A DNA stretch of 62,867 bases, filler included, from Welwitschia mirabilis (GCA_051453625.1; 3 parts of one record of this genome joined end to end with filler, not necessarily neighbours in it), one strand, 5' to 3'; shown: positions 28,501 through 42,664, counted from the whole stretch's first letter. Notes: generated by a model not told the origin, from the sequence alone. Numbers and translations are program-made.

Positions 28501-31110
28501 AACTTAAATAGTAGTTAAAGATGAAATCATTAAGTTAATGGATGCTAGAATCATTTATTCTATATTAGATAGTTAATGGTTAGTCCCTTGACTATAGTTC
28601 TAAAAAAGGATGGAAAATGAAGATTGTGCATACATTTTAGAAAATTAAATAAAGTCATAAAGAAAGATTATTATCCCATATCTTTTATTTACTAAAAACT
28701 CGACAAAATTCATGGAGATTCTTCTATTACTTTTTAGATTGATATAGCAATTATAATCAGGTTTGCATATCTAGCAAACACTAGGCTAAAATAACTTTTA
28801 CATCATCTTTTAGGACATTTGATTTTATATGAATTTCTTTTGGATTATGTAATCCTTCCCAGAATGTTTTAATATACTATAATGGATATTTTCTTAGACA
28901 TGTTAGAGGACTAGATAGAAATCTTTATGGATGACTTTTCAATCTTTGGAGAAACCTTTGATCAAATCTTAGAAAGTTTAGAAAAGTTCTTAATAGATGC
29001 ATATAATGTGACCTTCATTTAAGTTGGGAAATAGATTATTCTTTAGTTGAAAGTGAAATTTTTCTATCCCATCACATCTAAAAGAGGAATTAAGATGGAC
29101 CCTAAAAAGATTAGTATCCTTCAAAACCTAGCTCCCCTAATCACTGTTAAGCAATTCCAATATTTTCTTGGGCATTGTAGTTTTTACTATCATTTCATAT
29201 AAGATTATACTAAAATCTATAAAATCATATACTCCTTACTAGAAAAAGAAAGCTAAATTTGATTGGAATACATCTTGTTAGCTTTCTTGCAATAAACTCA
29301 AACATAAACTCTCTTATGCTCCTATTTTATTGGGACCTAATTGGAAAAAATATTTTGAATTAATATACGATGCTAGTAATTTTGCTCTAGGTAGAATGCT
29401 TGGATAGAAATATGAAAATAATTTCAAAGTCATATCTTACCATAGTAAAACATTATTAAAAACTTAAGCAAATTATTCAACTACTGAGAGAAAAATGTTA
29501 GCCATAATCTTTTGCCTTAATACTCTTAGGCATTATCTTTTAGAATTTTACATAAATGTTTACATAGATGATGTGATGATTAAATATCTAATAACTAAGA
29601 AATATTATAATACTATGTTAATTAGATGGATTCTCTTAATATAAGAATTTAATCTTACCATCATAGATAAGGCGAGAAAAAATAAAAATGTAGCAGACCA
29701 CCTATCACATCTTACTTCTTCTTCTAATGGTCTTCCTATCAGCTATTCTTTTTTAGATGAACAATTATTTGTTGTATCTTCTAATCGTCATCCTTCATGA
29801 TATGCTAATATCTTTACTTATCTTGTTACTTTAAAAACGCCAAAAAATTAGGGTCATAATCAAATAAAATCTTTTGTCCATAGGATAAGTAACTACGAGT
29901 GAATAGAGTCCCATCTTTATTATAGGTGTAAGGATCAAATTATGAGAAAATATATACTAGAATGGTAGAAACCTAATATCCTTTATCTTTATCATGGTAA
30001 TGTCTGTGATGGATATTTTAGCAGTTAGAAAATGGCCATAAAAATTCTTCACTCTAGATTCTATTGGCCTATTCGTTTTTAGGACTTCTTTATTTATGTC
30101 AGAAGATGAGGTGCATGTCAATGTTTTGGTAGCCTTTTACAATCATAGGAAATGCCTCTTAAACATATTATTGAATGTGAATCTATTAAATATTAGGATA
30201 TCAATTTCATAAACCCAATTAAACCACCATATAAAGACAAACATTACATTTCAATGGCTATAGATTATGTGAATAAATGAGTTGAAGTAGTTTCTACTTT
30301 ATTAAATAATGCTTGAACTATTTGTAACTTTATTAGAACTCAAATTTTTCAACATTTTGGCTTTCCTCAAATAATTATTAGTGATCAAGAAACTCATTTC
30401 ATCAATCATCTTTTTATAAAATTTCTTTTATCCATTAGTATAGGACATCGAGTAGCTTATGCTTACCATCCTCAAACCAATGGATGAGCTGAAAATCCTA
30501 ATAGAGAAATTAAAAAAATGCTTTAGAAATGTATTTCTACTAATAGAAAGTTATGATATTTTAAAATAAATGATGTTCTTTGGGCTTACCACATAACTTG
30601 GCATAATGCACTTAGTTTTTCACCTTATGACCTTGTATATAATAATGTCTATGTTTTACCTATTGATGTTTGCTACAATTTGTATCATTCTACATATCAA
30701 ATTAATCTTGTAAATGTAAAAGAGAATCTAAAAATGTATTTATCTCAATTAGATCATTTAGATGAAAAATGAACTCAATCTATGCATTATCAACTTATTC
30801 ACAAAGCCCAAACTAAGTTTAAGCATGATAAAAAGTTAATTCATAAAAACTTTCAACCTAGTCAACTAGTTTTGTTATATAATAATAGGTAGATCTTTTA
30901 CATAATAAGTTGATCTTAAATGGTTATATCCTTACCTTATTTAGAAAGTATATTCTAATGGCTCTATTGAGATTTTTGACTTAACCATTAAAGAAATTTA
31001 GAAAGTTAATGAATAAAGATTAAAAATATAAAAGAAACCTTCTAATATAAACATGATAGAAGTGCTAGCCTTAGAGGTTTCCCTTAATGAGAAGAGATTT
31101 TTCCCTATTA
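25530..31110 (+). pseudogene. gag-pol pseudogene of element C
   Basis: gag with CxxC..H..(C) knuckle relic (26502-26786); PR 'INIGVSVNIM' ~27600; RT 'IFMDDFSIFG' 28921-28950; RH 'YDASNFALG' ~29365; IN 'YHPQTNG..NREIK' ~30465-30515. Confidence 0.93.
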
Positions 31111-31589
31111 ATTTCTAAAATTTCTCTTAGCTTATTTCTTTGGAAGCCATTATGACATCATTTGATCATGTTTAAAACATGACTTATGTATTTATTTCAT
31201 CTCCATGACTATTCTTTGACTTAGGCATTTTACAGTGATAAGAATGGATTTAATCAATCTTAAGACATTCAAACATCTATGAACTTCATTTTGAAGCAAG
31301 ATGCTTTATTTTTTATGTTTTTCTTAATGATGAGAAGGTCTTAGATTATTTAAGGATGTTTTTTTCTATCTTTAAAAGAGAGAGAGAGTGAAATAAAACC
31401 ATGACGTTCTATCACAAGTATGCCAGGATTAAATTTTCTTGAGAGGGACCTTTGGCAATGTAATATGGTAGCTATGGAAACTCCATTANNNNNNNNNNNN
31501 NNNNNNNNNNNNNNNNNNNNNNNNNNNNNNNNNNNNNNNNNNNNNNNNNNNNNNNNNNNNNNNNNNNNNNNNNNNNNNNNNNNNNNNNA

Positions 31590-32604
31590 AAGTCTATGTT
31601 TTACCTATTAATATTTGTTACAATTCTTATCATTCTACGTATTAACTTAATCTTGTAAATTTAAAATAGAATATTAAAACTTGTTTAGCTCAATTAGATC
31701 ATTTAAATGAAAAATGAACTCGGGCTACTCATCATCAAATTTTTCACAAAGCCCAAAGTAAGTTCAAACATGATAAAAAGCTAATCCATAAGAATGTTGA
31801 ATCCGGTTAATTAGTCTTGTTATACAATACTACAATGCATCCTATACATAATAAGTTAACCTCAAAATGATTAGGTCCTTACCTTATTGAGTAAGTACAT
31901 TCTAATGGCTCTATTGAGAATTTTGACTTAATCACTAAAGAGATTTAGAAAGTTAAGGAGAAAAGGTTGAAAATATGTGAGTAACCTTATGATATAAACA
32001 TGATAGAAGTGCTAGCCTTAGAGGTTTTCCTCATGAGGAGAGCTTCTTTTCTATTATTATCTAAATTATCTCTTAACTTATTTCTTGAAGGCCATTATGA
32101 CATTAGTCGATCATCTTTCAAACATGACTTATATAATTATTTTATTTCCATGACTAGTCTTTAACTTGGGCATTTTATAATGGTAAGATTAGATTCATCC
32201 AATCTTAATACATTCACATGTCTATGGACTTCATTTTATAGGAAGATCCTTTATCTCTTATATTTTTCTCAATGGTAAAAGATCTTGGATTATTTAAGAA
32301 TGTTCTCTTCTATCTTTTACACAAAATAAAAAAAATTTTATTTAAGAATGTTCTCATTTTAAAGTATTTAATCATGTAAAATTTTACACAAAATAAAAAA
32401 AAGTGAAATAATACCATGATTTTTTATATTTACTCAAAAATATGATTACCATAATGTCCTATACAAGTACACCAAGGCAAATTTTCCTAAAAGAGGATTT
32501 TCATAGTATAATACGGTAGCTATGGGAACTCTAATGGGAAGTTAGTTGGCCATGCTTTATGGGTTCTTACTTCTTTGATTGTGGCTGTACTTCCCTTATC
32601 ATGG
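31590..32604 (+). repeat. Second diverged copy of the IN C-terminus and 3' UTR (paralog of ~30647-31488)
   Basis: 'gtctatgttttacctatt...' restarts after the gap and is colinear with 30647 onward, with many substitutions. Confidence 0.85.
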
Positions 32605-33288
32605 ATAGATAGATAATTAAATAATAAAAACTTGGAGGCTACAGAATTAGTGATGTTTTTGTTTTTATTAAAGGCATTCCTTATTTTCTAGACTTTTAGT
32701 TTTTCCACATTATCATTTCATTTCTAAGGATTCTGGTGCTTGTTTTAAAATGTAAGTAGGTGAGTTCATTTTTTAGTAAATCTTTGATCTTATCACTTAT
32801 CTTTTAAAGCATTTGATTTTTAGCATTGTTATAATTACTACCTTATCGAATGAAAATTTACCTATTTATAATTTGTTCATGTATTTTTAAAATAAATGAT
32901 GTTATGATTTCTTCTATGAGAGTTTGCTAGGTTAAAATTTAGGATAGGTAGTCTATCTTCTTTATGTCCCTTATGTCTATTCTTTTTTTTTTTTGGTTAT
33001 TTAATTAGTTATTTGAAAGTCATTTTTATATTTTCTTATCATTTTAGGACCTTAAGATTTAATGGTTTCCTTTCTTAGCTTTCAATAAAATTGATTTCTT
33101 GATTATATGAGTTTATTTACATTTTTTTAAAATATTTTGGAGCTCTAAATAATCTCCATAATCATTTCTAGTCAAGGCACATTTGTTGAACACTCATAAA
33201 TTTGCTTCATTCCAATTAGTACATTTTCATTGCCATGATTATCAAAATATTTCCTGCATATATATTTTTCAAATATGACATCTCTGCA

Positions 33289-34621
33289 TGTTGTGATGCC
33301 AATTTTTGGAAATTTGATGGTGTGTTTTGAGTATTTATGTAGGGCATTTATATAGGTTTTGATGTAATATTAATAATTATGAAGGATTGATAGGATGATT
33401 AACAAAACATGTGGTATCCAGCACTTTTGGCAGTTTCTCAAGTTTATTCTGATAATGTAGGATAGGAGAAGAATGAAATAATGCAAATACTAATTTTACC
33501 TTGGAAAAAGAGGAAAATAAGACTATCGTCCCCTCTGTCATGTGGATGACACTCAAGACTACCAGATTGCTAACATGGATAAAAGCCTATAATGCTAACC
33601 ATAGCACCTAGTACATACATTGAGAATGTATCATCTACATATTTGTCCAGACGACATTGAAGATGACATCACAGAACTAATGGCAGCGCAAGGCACATAA
33701 TCCAAGAGTAGAACACACAATCCAAGATGCTAAGGTGGTGTCGTCCTCTCTGTCATATGGATGATGCACAGGATGATAACTATTTCTACCTTATAATGAG
33801 TGCCAACGGGCCACGTGAGTTGCTAGGATTTTCTTTCCTACCTTGAGGGTTTGGTCGCCCATTTCTTCTCTCAAAAATATATAAATACCTCTCTCCCATT
33901 TTATTTCCATTTTCCATCTTTTGTTTTTCATACTTGTGATGGAAGCTTGAAGGCGAAAGGTCCATCCCATACTATATAAAGGAGTCCCCTTAGTGTCAGG
34001 CTGTTTCCCTTGCATTAAGATGTTGTTATTCTAGTCTTGTAAGTGGATGTTATGATCAAGTAATACAATTTCATTTCTTCTCATTAATGTGTATATCCCT
34101 TATTATTCAAGTTGATCTTAGTGTAGCACTCTTAGATTTACTTAAATATTAAGGGCAACCTTCATTAAGGTTGATCTCATTTAAGAATAGATTTGCATTG
34201 TTGTTTCTTTTTCCATATTATATTCAAGTCATATTTTGGGTTGATCTCATAATTTATATTGATTAGGAACTAATAAATGCTCTTTCTCTTTGATATAAGT
34301 TATAGAGAAGTAGTCTTGTGATAGGAAGACTAAAGTCTATGTAAGATACACTTTCATTGTATTTCCCTTGTCATTTCTGTAGCACTTACATTTCCATAAC
34401 ATTTCATTACTTGCATTATTGTTATTCAGCTTTTCTATAAAGATAAAAGAAAAATAGAAAATAGTAGTGAAAATCATTTCTCTAACTCCAAGATTAATGC
34501 CTTTGTTGGATTACAACATTCAGGTAAACTCCCATATATACTAGAGTGTCATTTTTGCGATTTATATAAACTATAGGTTTATCTTAAGGACTTTTAGATC
34601 GCAAGAATTCACACTGTAATA
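33289..34621 (+). repeat. 5' LTR of element B
   Basis: Colinear with 43979-45311; TATA-like tataaata at ~33880. Confidence 0.93.
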
Positions 34622-34642
34622 TTTTAGCATTATTGCAGGGAA
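34622..34642 (+). promoter_or_regulatory. Athila-type PBS (decayed), element B
   Basis: ttttagcattattgcagggaa versus TTTTGGCGCCGTTGCCGGGGA. Confidence 0.75.
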
Positions 34643-35299
34643 AGGCCATAAGGAGCTAAGAGAAGTATCACTAATTAGAGGTAAGTACCTTGAAACTTCT
34701 ATTCAGGTTATCTATTTCAAATTAGTGTTGTATTTTTCCTAGCTTAGGTTAAAGTAGGTTTTATTTTCTACAAATTTAAATTCTATATTTTCTGTTGTTT
34801 TTTACTGTCGTCTTTTTCGCCGTCCACATGACTTATAAGGATGACAGTATATTTTTCTGCATTCATCTTAGTTGTTTCAGAGTTCATTTTTTCTGCATTT
34901 ATCTTAGTTTATTTCTATGACTGTGTCATCTTGTTTATCATTCCTATAATATAGTGGATGATATCTATGTTTTTTTACCACGTAAGTTTTATTCTTGCAA
35001 AATTTTTAGTTTCTGTGTTCCTTCGTCATCTTGTTTGTTATCCTCATGACTTGAAAGGATGACAGTCTGGTTTTCTCAATACAAAAATTACCCATATTTT
35101 AGCATTTTTTTTCTTACAGTAGTTCTTCGATCATCCTATTTGTCATCTGAGTGACTTACTTAGATGACAGTCTATTGTGTTTTTAGGTTTTTATAATTTC
35201 ATTTTTTTTCTTATGACCATCGTCTTGTATATTGTCCCCATGACAAACTAGATGATAGTCTGTTGTTTTTGATTTCTGTGTTCTTTTAGTTACTGGAAC

Positions 35300-37245
35300 A
35301 TGCAGGGACATGATTAATACTAGTAAGAGAATGAAATATTAGAGAAAATGAAACCTAATCGAAGAAAATATCAAGGAAAAATTAATCGACTTTGAGTTAA
35401 ATCTAGGTACACGTACCCTAGGTACGTAAATTCCCAGAATTAAAGAAGAAGATTTTTCTACATTTCTTGTTTTAGAATCTAAATTCATAAATGAAAAGCA
35501 TAGTGTAGAAAGCGATTGTGTTGTTTCTTTAAAAATGTCAAATATGTTGAAATCGTCATAAAAGAAAAATAAATAGATTTTTTTAACACTCCAATTATGC
35601 TAAGAACTTCTTCTTCAAATGCGAATGTTACGCTTAGGGATTTAATTGCTAGTAGAAAATGTGAAATTCAAAACCCTTTCGATTTACCTCCTGGCGATGA
35701 TGTCGAATTAAGAAATTTGAGTGCGTATCCAACCTTTTCAGGGGAACTAGAAGAAAACCCCTTCCAACATTTAGCTGACATAGAGAAACTTGTGCTTGCT
35801 TCTGGAAATGAAAAAAAATGGATTAATGATCATATGTACATGATTATTTTTCTAGTTACCCTTAGACGTAGGACAGAAATTTGGTTGAAAACCATTCTGC
35901 ATAAAAGTCTTAAGTCATGGAGTCAAGTGCAAGAAGTTTTCATCAAACGATTTTTGAGTGAAGGTACCATGAGAAAGAGAAGAAAAGAAGTTACCAACTT
36001 CTAACAAAAACCTCATGAGGATTATGCAACTGATTATGAATGTTTTATAATAGCTAGTCATTCCAACCCTATTGACGAATTTCATAAGAAAGAACTGATA
36101 GATTATTTTTATAGTGAATTGAATGCTTTAACTAAGCAACTTGTGGGTTTTTCTTGTGGGGGAAATTTGTTGAATTTAAGCTTAGATGATGCTTGGAGTG
36201 TGCTAGAGAATTTAGTAGAGATTAGTCAAACTTGGCCTAAACCCACTAAGAAAAATCAAACTGTAGGACAAATTTTAAAAGATTTAAAGGAGGTGAAACA
36301 TGACAGGGAAGAACAAGAAGGATTCAACTAACTTGATGAAAGATTTCACTACTACTCTGGATAAATATACACAAATGATAGTTGATGTAAAAGTTGTTAA
36401 AAATGATCCCTCAACATCTAGTTGTAAACTTTGTGAAGATGAATTCCATTCAACAAAAGAGTGTGCTCTATTACTAACTTGCAAGGAAAAAATATTTGAA
36501 GAGGTTTGTGCTTTTAATCAAAGAACTTCTAACTTTAGGAGTCAAACACCATTTCAACAAAGATCAAGTGGGCACCCCCAATGGAAACCATTTGAGAATA
36601 GATTAAAAATTCCAACTTTTAACCACATTCTCAGTAAAGCTTAAATGACCCCGTTAGAGAATCCATTAAAGAAATGAAAAAGGTGCAAGAGAAGACCAAT
36701 AGCAACATTGAGAACTTAGTGAATGTGCTTCAACAAGTAATTCTTACTAACCAAAGACCACAAGGGTCTCTTTCCTTCCAACCAATGCCCAATTCAAATG
36801 AAGTTAGAAGAGACTTAAATATTGTAACTAGAAGTGGAAAAAATACAACACCTCCTACCCATGAGGTTTCAACTTATAAACAAGATGAAGCAAGTGAGGA
36901 AGATGATGTAGAAATTCTAAATTCTTATAAACTTCCTTCCACCTCATCTAGTAAAGCCTCTACCTAACATAACTTAAAAGAGGACAAGGGAAAGAGACCA
37001 TCAACNNNNNNNNNNAATCATACTTTTGATGAACATCTAAAAGCCTTAATGCAAGAAGTTAACGTCAACCTTCCCTTTTGAAAACTCTTGAAAGAAAACC
37101 CAAAATATTCTAAGTTATAAAAGGACTTAGTAAGAAGGAAAAAAAAATGTATCATTCTAAGTAAAGTATTTCTTACCCAATCTTTCTTCAACTTCGTAAT
37201 GAATAAATGTCCTAAATTCAAAGATCCTGGGGCTGCAACTATTGG
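35300..37245 (+). pseudogene. gag pseudogene, copy 1 (element B)
   Basis: ORFs 35597-36004 (PTFSGELEENPFQHL..W..VQEVFIKRF), 36119-36331, 36300-36644 (CKLC..H..C), 36674-36967; KFKDPG motif at ~37215. Confidence 0.92.
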
Positions 37246-37345
37246 NNNNNNNNNNNNNNNNNNNNNNNNNNNNNNNNNNNNNNNNNNNNNNNNNNNNNNN
37301 NNNNNNNNNNNNNNNNNNNNNNNNNNNNNNNNNNNNNNNNNNNNN

Positions 37346-37860
37346 CTTATGATTTAAGTAAATCTTAGTTAAGTGACAAGCTTTGGTTTATTTAGATCAT
37401 AAGGGCAACCTTTATTAAGGTTGATTTAGTTTAGTAGAATAGATTTGCATTGTTTATTTCTTTCTTCCCATATTGCATTTCAAGTCTTACTTGGGCAGAT
37501 CTCAAAGTTTATATTAATTAAAAACTAGTAATCACTCTTCTTCCTTGATATAAGTTATAGAGATGTAGTCTTTGTGATAGAAAGGCTAATATCTAAGTAA
37601 GAGCTATGTTCATTTCCATTTCTATTCCATTTCCATTGCATTTGCATTCCATTTTCATTCACTTGCATTTCATCTCTATTTAAGTATTACATTTACTTAA
37701 GTATTCCCTTTTAGTTTTCTTAAGACAAAAGAACAAAAATACTTTGGCAAAATCAATTCTCTAACTCTAAGCCTAGTGCCTTCATTCGATTACAACATTT
37801 GGGTGAACTTCCATCTATACTAGAATTTGTTTTTCTATAAGTTATTTAATTACAGGTTAC
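37346..37860 (+). repeat. Partial third LTR (B-related subfamily) inside element B
   Basis: Colinear with the 3' part of the B LTR (~34100-34580) but more diverged than the two B LTRs are from each other; bounded by N gaps. Confidence 0.85.
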
Positions 37861-38294
37861 NNNNNNNNNNGATAAGAGGATTGTCACTAATAAAGTAAGT
37901 ATCTTGAATTTTTTTTTTCAGATTATTTATTTTGAATTAGTGTTGTACTTTCTAGTTTAGATTAAAGTAGATCTAATTCTACAAATTAAATTTTTGCATT
38001 TTCTTTTTGTTTCTCTATCATCTTCATTATCATCCCTATGACATAAGAGGATGATAGTCTGAAAAATTTACTGCATTTTCATATTCTAGCATTTTTCTTT
38101 TTCATAAAATAAATTTTCTGTTATCCTTTATATCATCTCCATGATACTTCAGGACAATGATTCTCTGGTTTTTTTGAGTTTTTGTAATTTCAGATTTCCT
38201 ATTTATTGGTACTATCATCTATTCTGTTATCCCCATGATAAGGTAGATGATAGTCTATTGTTTTTGATTTCTATGTTCTGTTAATTGTTTGAGC

Positions 38295-40650
38295 ATGTAG
38301 GGATATGGTGAATACTGGTAAAAAGACAAAATATCAGAAAGAATAAAACTTGATTGAAGAAAATATCAAGGAAGGCTTAATCGACTTTGAGTTAAATCTA
38401 GATACGCATACCCCAGGTATGAAAATTCTCAGAATTAAAGTAGAAGATTTTTCGGCATTTATTGTTTCAGAATCTGAATTCATAAATGAAAAGCATAGTT
38501 TAGAAAGCGATAGTGTTGTTTCTTTAAAAATGTCAAATATGTCAAAATCATCACAAAACCAAAAACAAGTAGATTCTTTTAATGCTCCAATCACACTAGG
38601 AACTTCTTCTTTGAATGTAAATGTTATGCTTAGAGATTTAATTGCTAATAAAAAACATAAAATTCAAAACCCTTTTAATTTACTTCTTGATGATGATGTT
38701 GAATTAAGAAATTTAAGTGTGTATACAACCTTTTCGGGGAAACCAGAAGAAGACCCTTTCCAACATTTAGCCAATATAGAACAACTTTTGCTTACATCTA
38801 GAAATGGAATAAAATGGATTAGTAATCATGTGTACATGATTAATTTTCCAGTTACCCTTAGAGGTAGGACAAAAATTTGGCTAAAAACCATTCCTCATAA
38901 AAGTCTTAAGTCATGCAGTCAAGTGTAAGAAGTTTTCATCAAATGATTTTTGAGTGAAAGTACCATGAGGAAGAGAAGAAAATAAGTCACCAACTTCCAA
39001 CAACAACCTCATAAGAATTATTCAACTTCTTACAAATGTTTTATAATAGCTAGTTATTCTAACCCTATTAATGAATTTCATAAGGAAGAACTGGTAGATT
39101 ATTTTTATAGCAGATTGAATGCTTCAAGTAAGCAACTTGTGGATTTTTCTTATGGGGGAAATTTGTTGAATTTAAGCTTAGATAATGCTTGGAGTATGCT
39201 AGAGAATTTAATAGAGATTAGTCAAACTTGGCCTAAACTCACTAAGGAAAATCAAACTATATGATCAATTTTAAAAGATTTAAAGAAGGTAAAACATGAC
39301 AGGGAAAAAGAAAGAGAGGATTCGATTAACTTAATGAAATATTTTACTATTACTCTGGAGAAATATACGTAAATGATAGTTGACATGAAAGTTGTTAAGA
39401 ATGAACCCTCAACATCTAGTTGTAAACTTTATGAAGATGAATCCCATTCAACAAAAGAGTATCCTTTATTATCAACTTGAAATAAAAAAATGTTTGAAGA
39501 GGTCTATGCTTTCAACCAAAGAACTTCTAAATTTAGGAGTCAAACACCATTTCAACAAAGATCAAGTGGGCACTCCCAATGAAAATCACTTGAGAATAGA
39601 TTTAAAAATTCCAACTTCCAACCACATTCTCAACAAAGTCTAAATGATTCCCTTAGAGAATCCATTAAAGAAATGAAAAAGGTGTAAGAGAAGACCAATA
39701 GCAACATCGAGAACTTAGTGAATGTGCTTCAATGAATAATGCTTGCTAATCAAAGATCACAAGGATATCTTACTTCCCAACTAATGTCCAATACAAATGA
39801 AGTTAGGAGAGACTTAAAGATTGTAACTAGAAGTGGAAAAAATACAATACCTCCTACCCATGAGGTTCCAACTTATAAACAAGATGAAGCAAGTGGGGAA
39901 GATGATGTAGAAATTCTAGATTTTTATAACCTTTCTTCCACCTCATCTATTAAAGCCTCTACCAAACATAACTTAAAAGAGGATAAGGGAAAGAAACCAT
40001 CAGCTTCTTGGCTTAATAGATTACACATAAATCCTACTTTTAATAAACATCTAAGAGCCTTGATGCAAGAAGTCAATATCAACCTTTTCTTTTGGATGTT
40101 CTTACAAAAAAACCCCAAATATTCTAAGTTATGAAAGGACTTAGTGAGAAGGAAATAAAAACATATCATTTCAAGTAAAGTATTTCTTACTCAATCTCTC
40201 TTCAACTTAGTAATGAAGAAATGTCCTAAATTTAAAGATCCTAAGACTACAACTATTGGTATTACCTTATAGGGAAACAAAAAAATTAGAAAGGTTTTGA
40301 TTGGCATAGGTGCAAGTGTGAGTATTATGACTTTTCATATCTATAAAAGACTTGGGTTAGAAAATAGAATTGAACCAATACCTATTATTCTAGAGCTAGC
40401 TGACACCTTAATTAAAAAACCATTAAGAATTATCAAGGATCTAGTCATCCAAATTGAGAAAGATTTTTATCCCATTAATGTTGTTATAATTGAAATATAG
40501 CATGATGGAGGGTATCCCCTACTTCTAGGAAGGGATTTTTGCACTACAGCTCATTGTATCATTGAGACCTGATCTGGAATGATGAGATATCACTTTAACA
40601 ATAAAGAAATTACTCTTAGAATCTTTAATGCTATCGAAAAAGATACAAGA
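38295..40650 (+). pseudogene. gag-protease pseudogene, copy 2
   Basis: ORF 38350-38928 is paralogous to 35597-36004; PR ORF 40297-40500 (IGIGASVSIM..ILELAD). Confidence 0.92.
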
Positions 40651-40750
40651 NNNNNNNNNNNNNNNNNNNNNNNNNNNNNNNNNNNNNNNNNNNNTTAATT
40701 AATTAANNNNNNNNNNNNNNNNNNNNNNNNNNNNNNNNNNNNNNNNNNNN

Positions 40751-42280
40751 TAGTGCTAGACTTATTAGATGGATCCTTCTAATGCAAGAATTTAATCTTA
40801 ACATAATTGATAAGGCTAAAAAACATAATAGCATGGCTGACCATCTTTCTCATCTTACTTGCTCCACTAATGAAACTCCTATTGATGATTCTTTTCTTGA
40901 TGAGCAACTATTTACAATTTAACAATTATATGCTATCTGTTCTTCTCACCCACTCCTTGGTATGTTGACATCGTCAATTACCTAGTGATTATGAAAATCC
41001 CTTAGCATTGGAAGCCCAATCAATGAAAAACTTTCCTCCATAGGATTAGTGATTATGAGTGGAATAAGCCACATCTTTACATATGTTTCAAAGATCAAAT
41101 TATGTGTAAATATATGCCTGAATGGAAAACCTTATAAATTTTAACACTTTGTCACAATGGAGGTTGTGGGGGATACTTTAGTAGCCAAAAGACTGCCATG
41201 AAAATTATTCAATCTGGATTCTATTAGTCAACTATTTTTAAAGATTCATTTAACTTTTCTTAGAAGTGTGATGCTTGTCAATGTTATGGTAGCCTTACTC
41301 GTTTTTATAATATGTTCATAAATCCTATACTTGAGTGTGAAACTTTTAATTATTGAAGAATCTATTTTGTAAGCCCAATTCTTCCATCTTCCAATGAGAA
41401 AAATTATATTTTAGTCACTGTGGACTATGTTATTAAGTGGGTTGATGTAGTTCCTACCTCTAAAAATGATGCCCGAACTATTTGTAACTTTGTGATAACT
41501 CATATCTTTTAATGATTTGGATTTTCACGTATTATCATTAGTGATCAAGGTACCCATTTCATTAATTACCTCTTTCAAAAACTTCTTCTATCCATTGATG
41601 TTGAACATCGAGTTACTTGTGCTTATCATTCTCAAACCAATGGTCTAGCTAAAAATGTAAATAGAGAGATCAATAAAATGCTTCAAAAATTAGTTTCAGT
41701 CAATAAGAAGACTTGGTCCTCCTAAACTTAATGATGTCCTTTAGGCTTATCGTACTACTTTACGTACGGTTTCACACCCTATGAACTTGTGTACAGTAAA
41801 GTATGTGTGTTATCGATTGATGTTTGCTATAAATTTTATCGTTCCACCCATCAACTGAACCTTGCTAACCTTAAAGAAAATCTCAAAATTTGCCTAGCAA
41901 AACTTAATCATCTTGATGAAAAACGTACTTATGCCCTACATCGTCAACTTATCCATAAGACTCAAGTCAAGCTTCGACATGATAAAAAGCTTATTCATAA
42001 ATAGTTTGAACCTGGCCAATTTGTCCTGTTGTATAATGCCCAAGTATACATCCTACAGAATAAGTTAACTTCTAAATGGTTAGGCCCTGATCTTATTGAG
42101 AAAATACACTCAAATGGCTCAGTGGAGATTTCCAAGTTAAACACTAAAGAAATCCAAAAAGTTAATGGACAAAGGTTAAAACTCTACAAGTTATTTTCTA
42201 ATAAAACCTTGAACATGATAGAAACACTTATTTTGGAAGCCCCTATTCAAAATGAGGACCTTTCTTTTTCCATTATCTAA
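40751..42280 (+). pseudogene. RNaseH C-terminus and integrase pseudogene
   Basis: 'RLIRWILLMQEF' ~40760; 'CHNGGCGGYF' ~41150; 'IISDQGTHF' ~41535; 'KLTSKWLGP' (GPY/F motif) in ORF 42029-42280. Confidence 0.93.
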
Positions 42281-42545
42281 ATTCTTTCTTAATGCATTCC
42301 TTTGATCAACATCATGTTATTACTTAAACATCTTTCACTTGACTAATGTTTTACCTTATGAAGTTATCATGATTAGTAAATATCTTACATGGGAATTTTT
42401 AATGATAAGATTGACTTCACCAAGTCTTCAGTTTTCTTTCAATGGTGTGAGTAATCATTTGTTTTAGCATGTTATTCCTTATTATTTATCTTATTACTTT
42501 ACTTTTATCCTTATGAGTATTTGTTCATGTGGAATTTATGTATCA

Positions 42546-42618
42546 AAAGAAAAAGAAAAAGAAAAAGAAAAGAAAAGAAAAGAAAAAAAAAGAAGAAAAA
42601 GAAAGAAAGAAAGAAAGA
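42546..42618 (+). repeat. (GAAAA)n/(GAAA)n purine tract
   Basis: Direct reading. Confidence 0.9.
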
Positions 42619-42664
42619 CATAATCCAAGATATACCCTTTCATGTTATATCTTAAAATAAGCTC

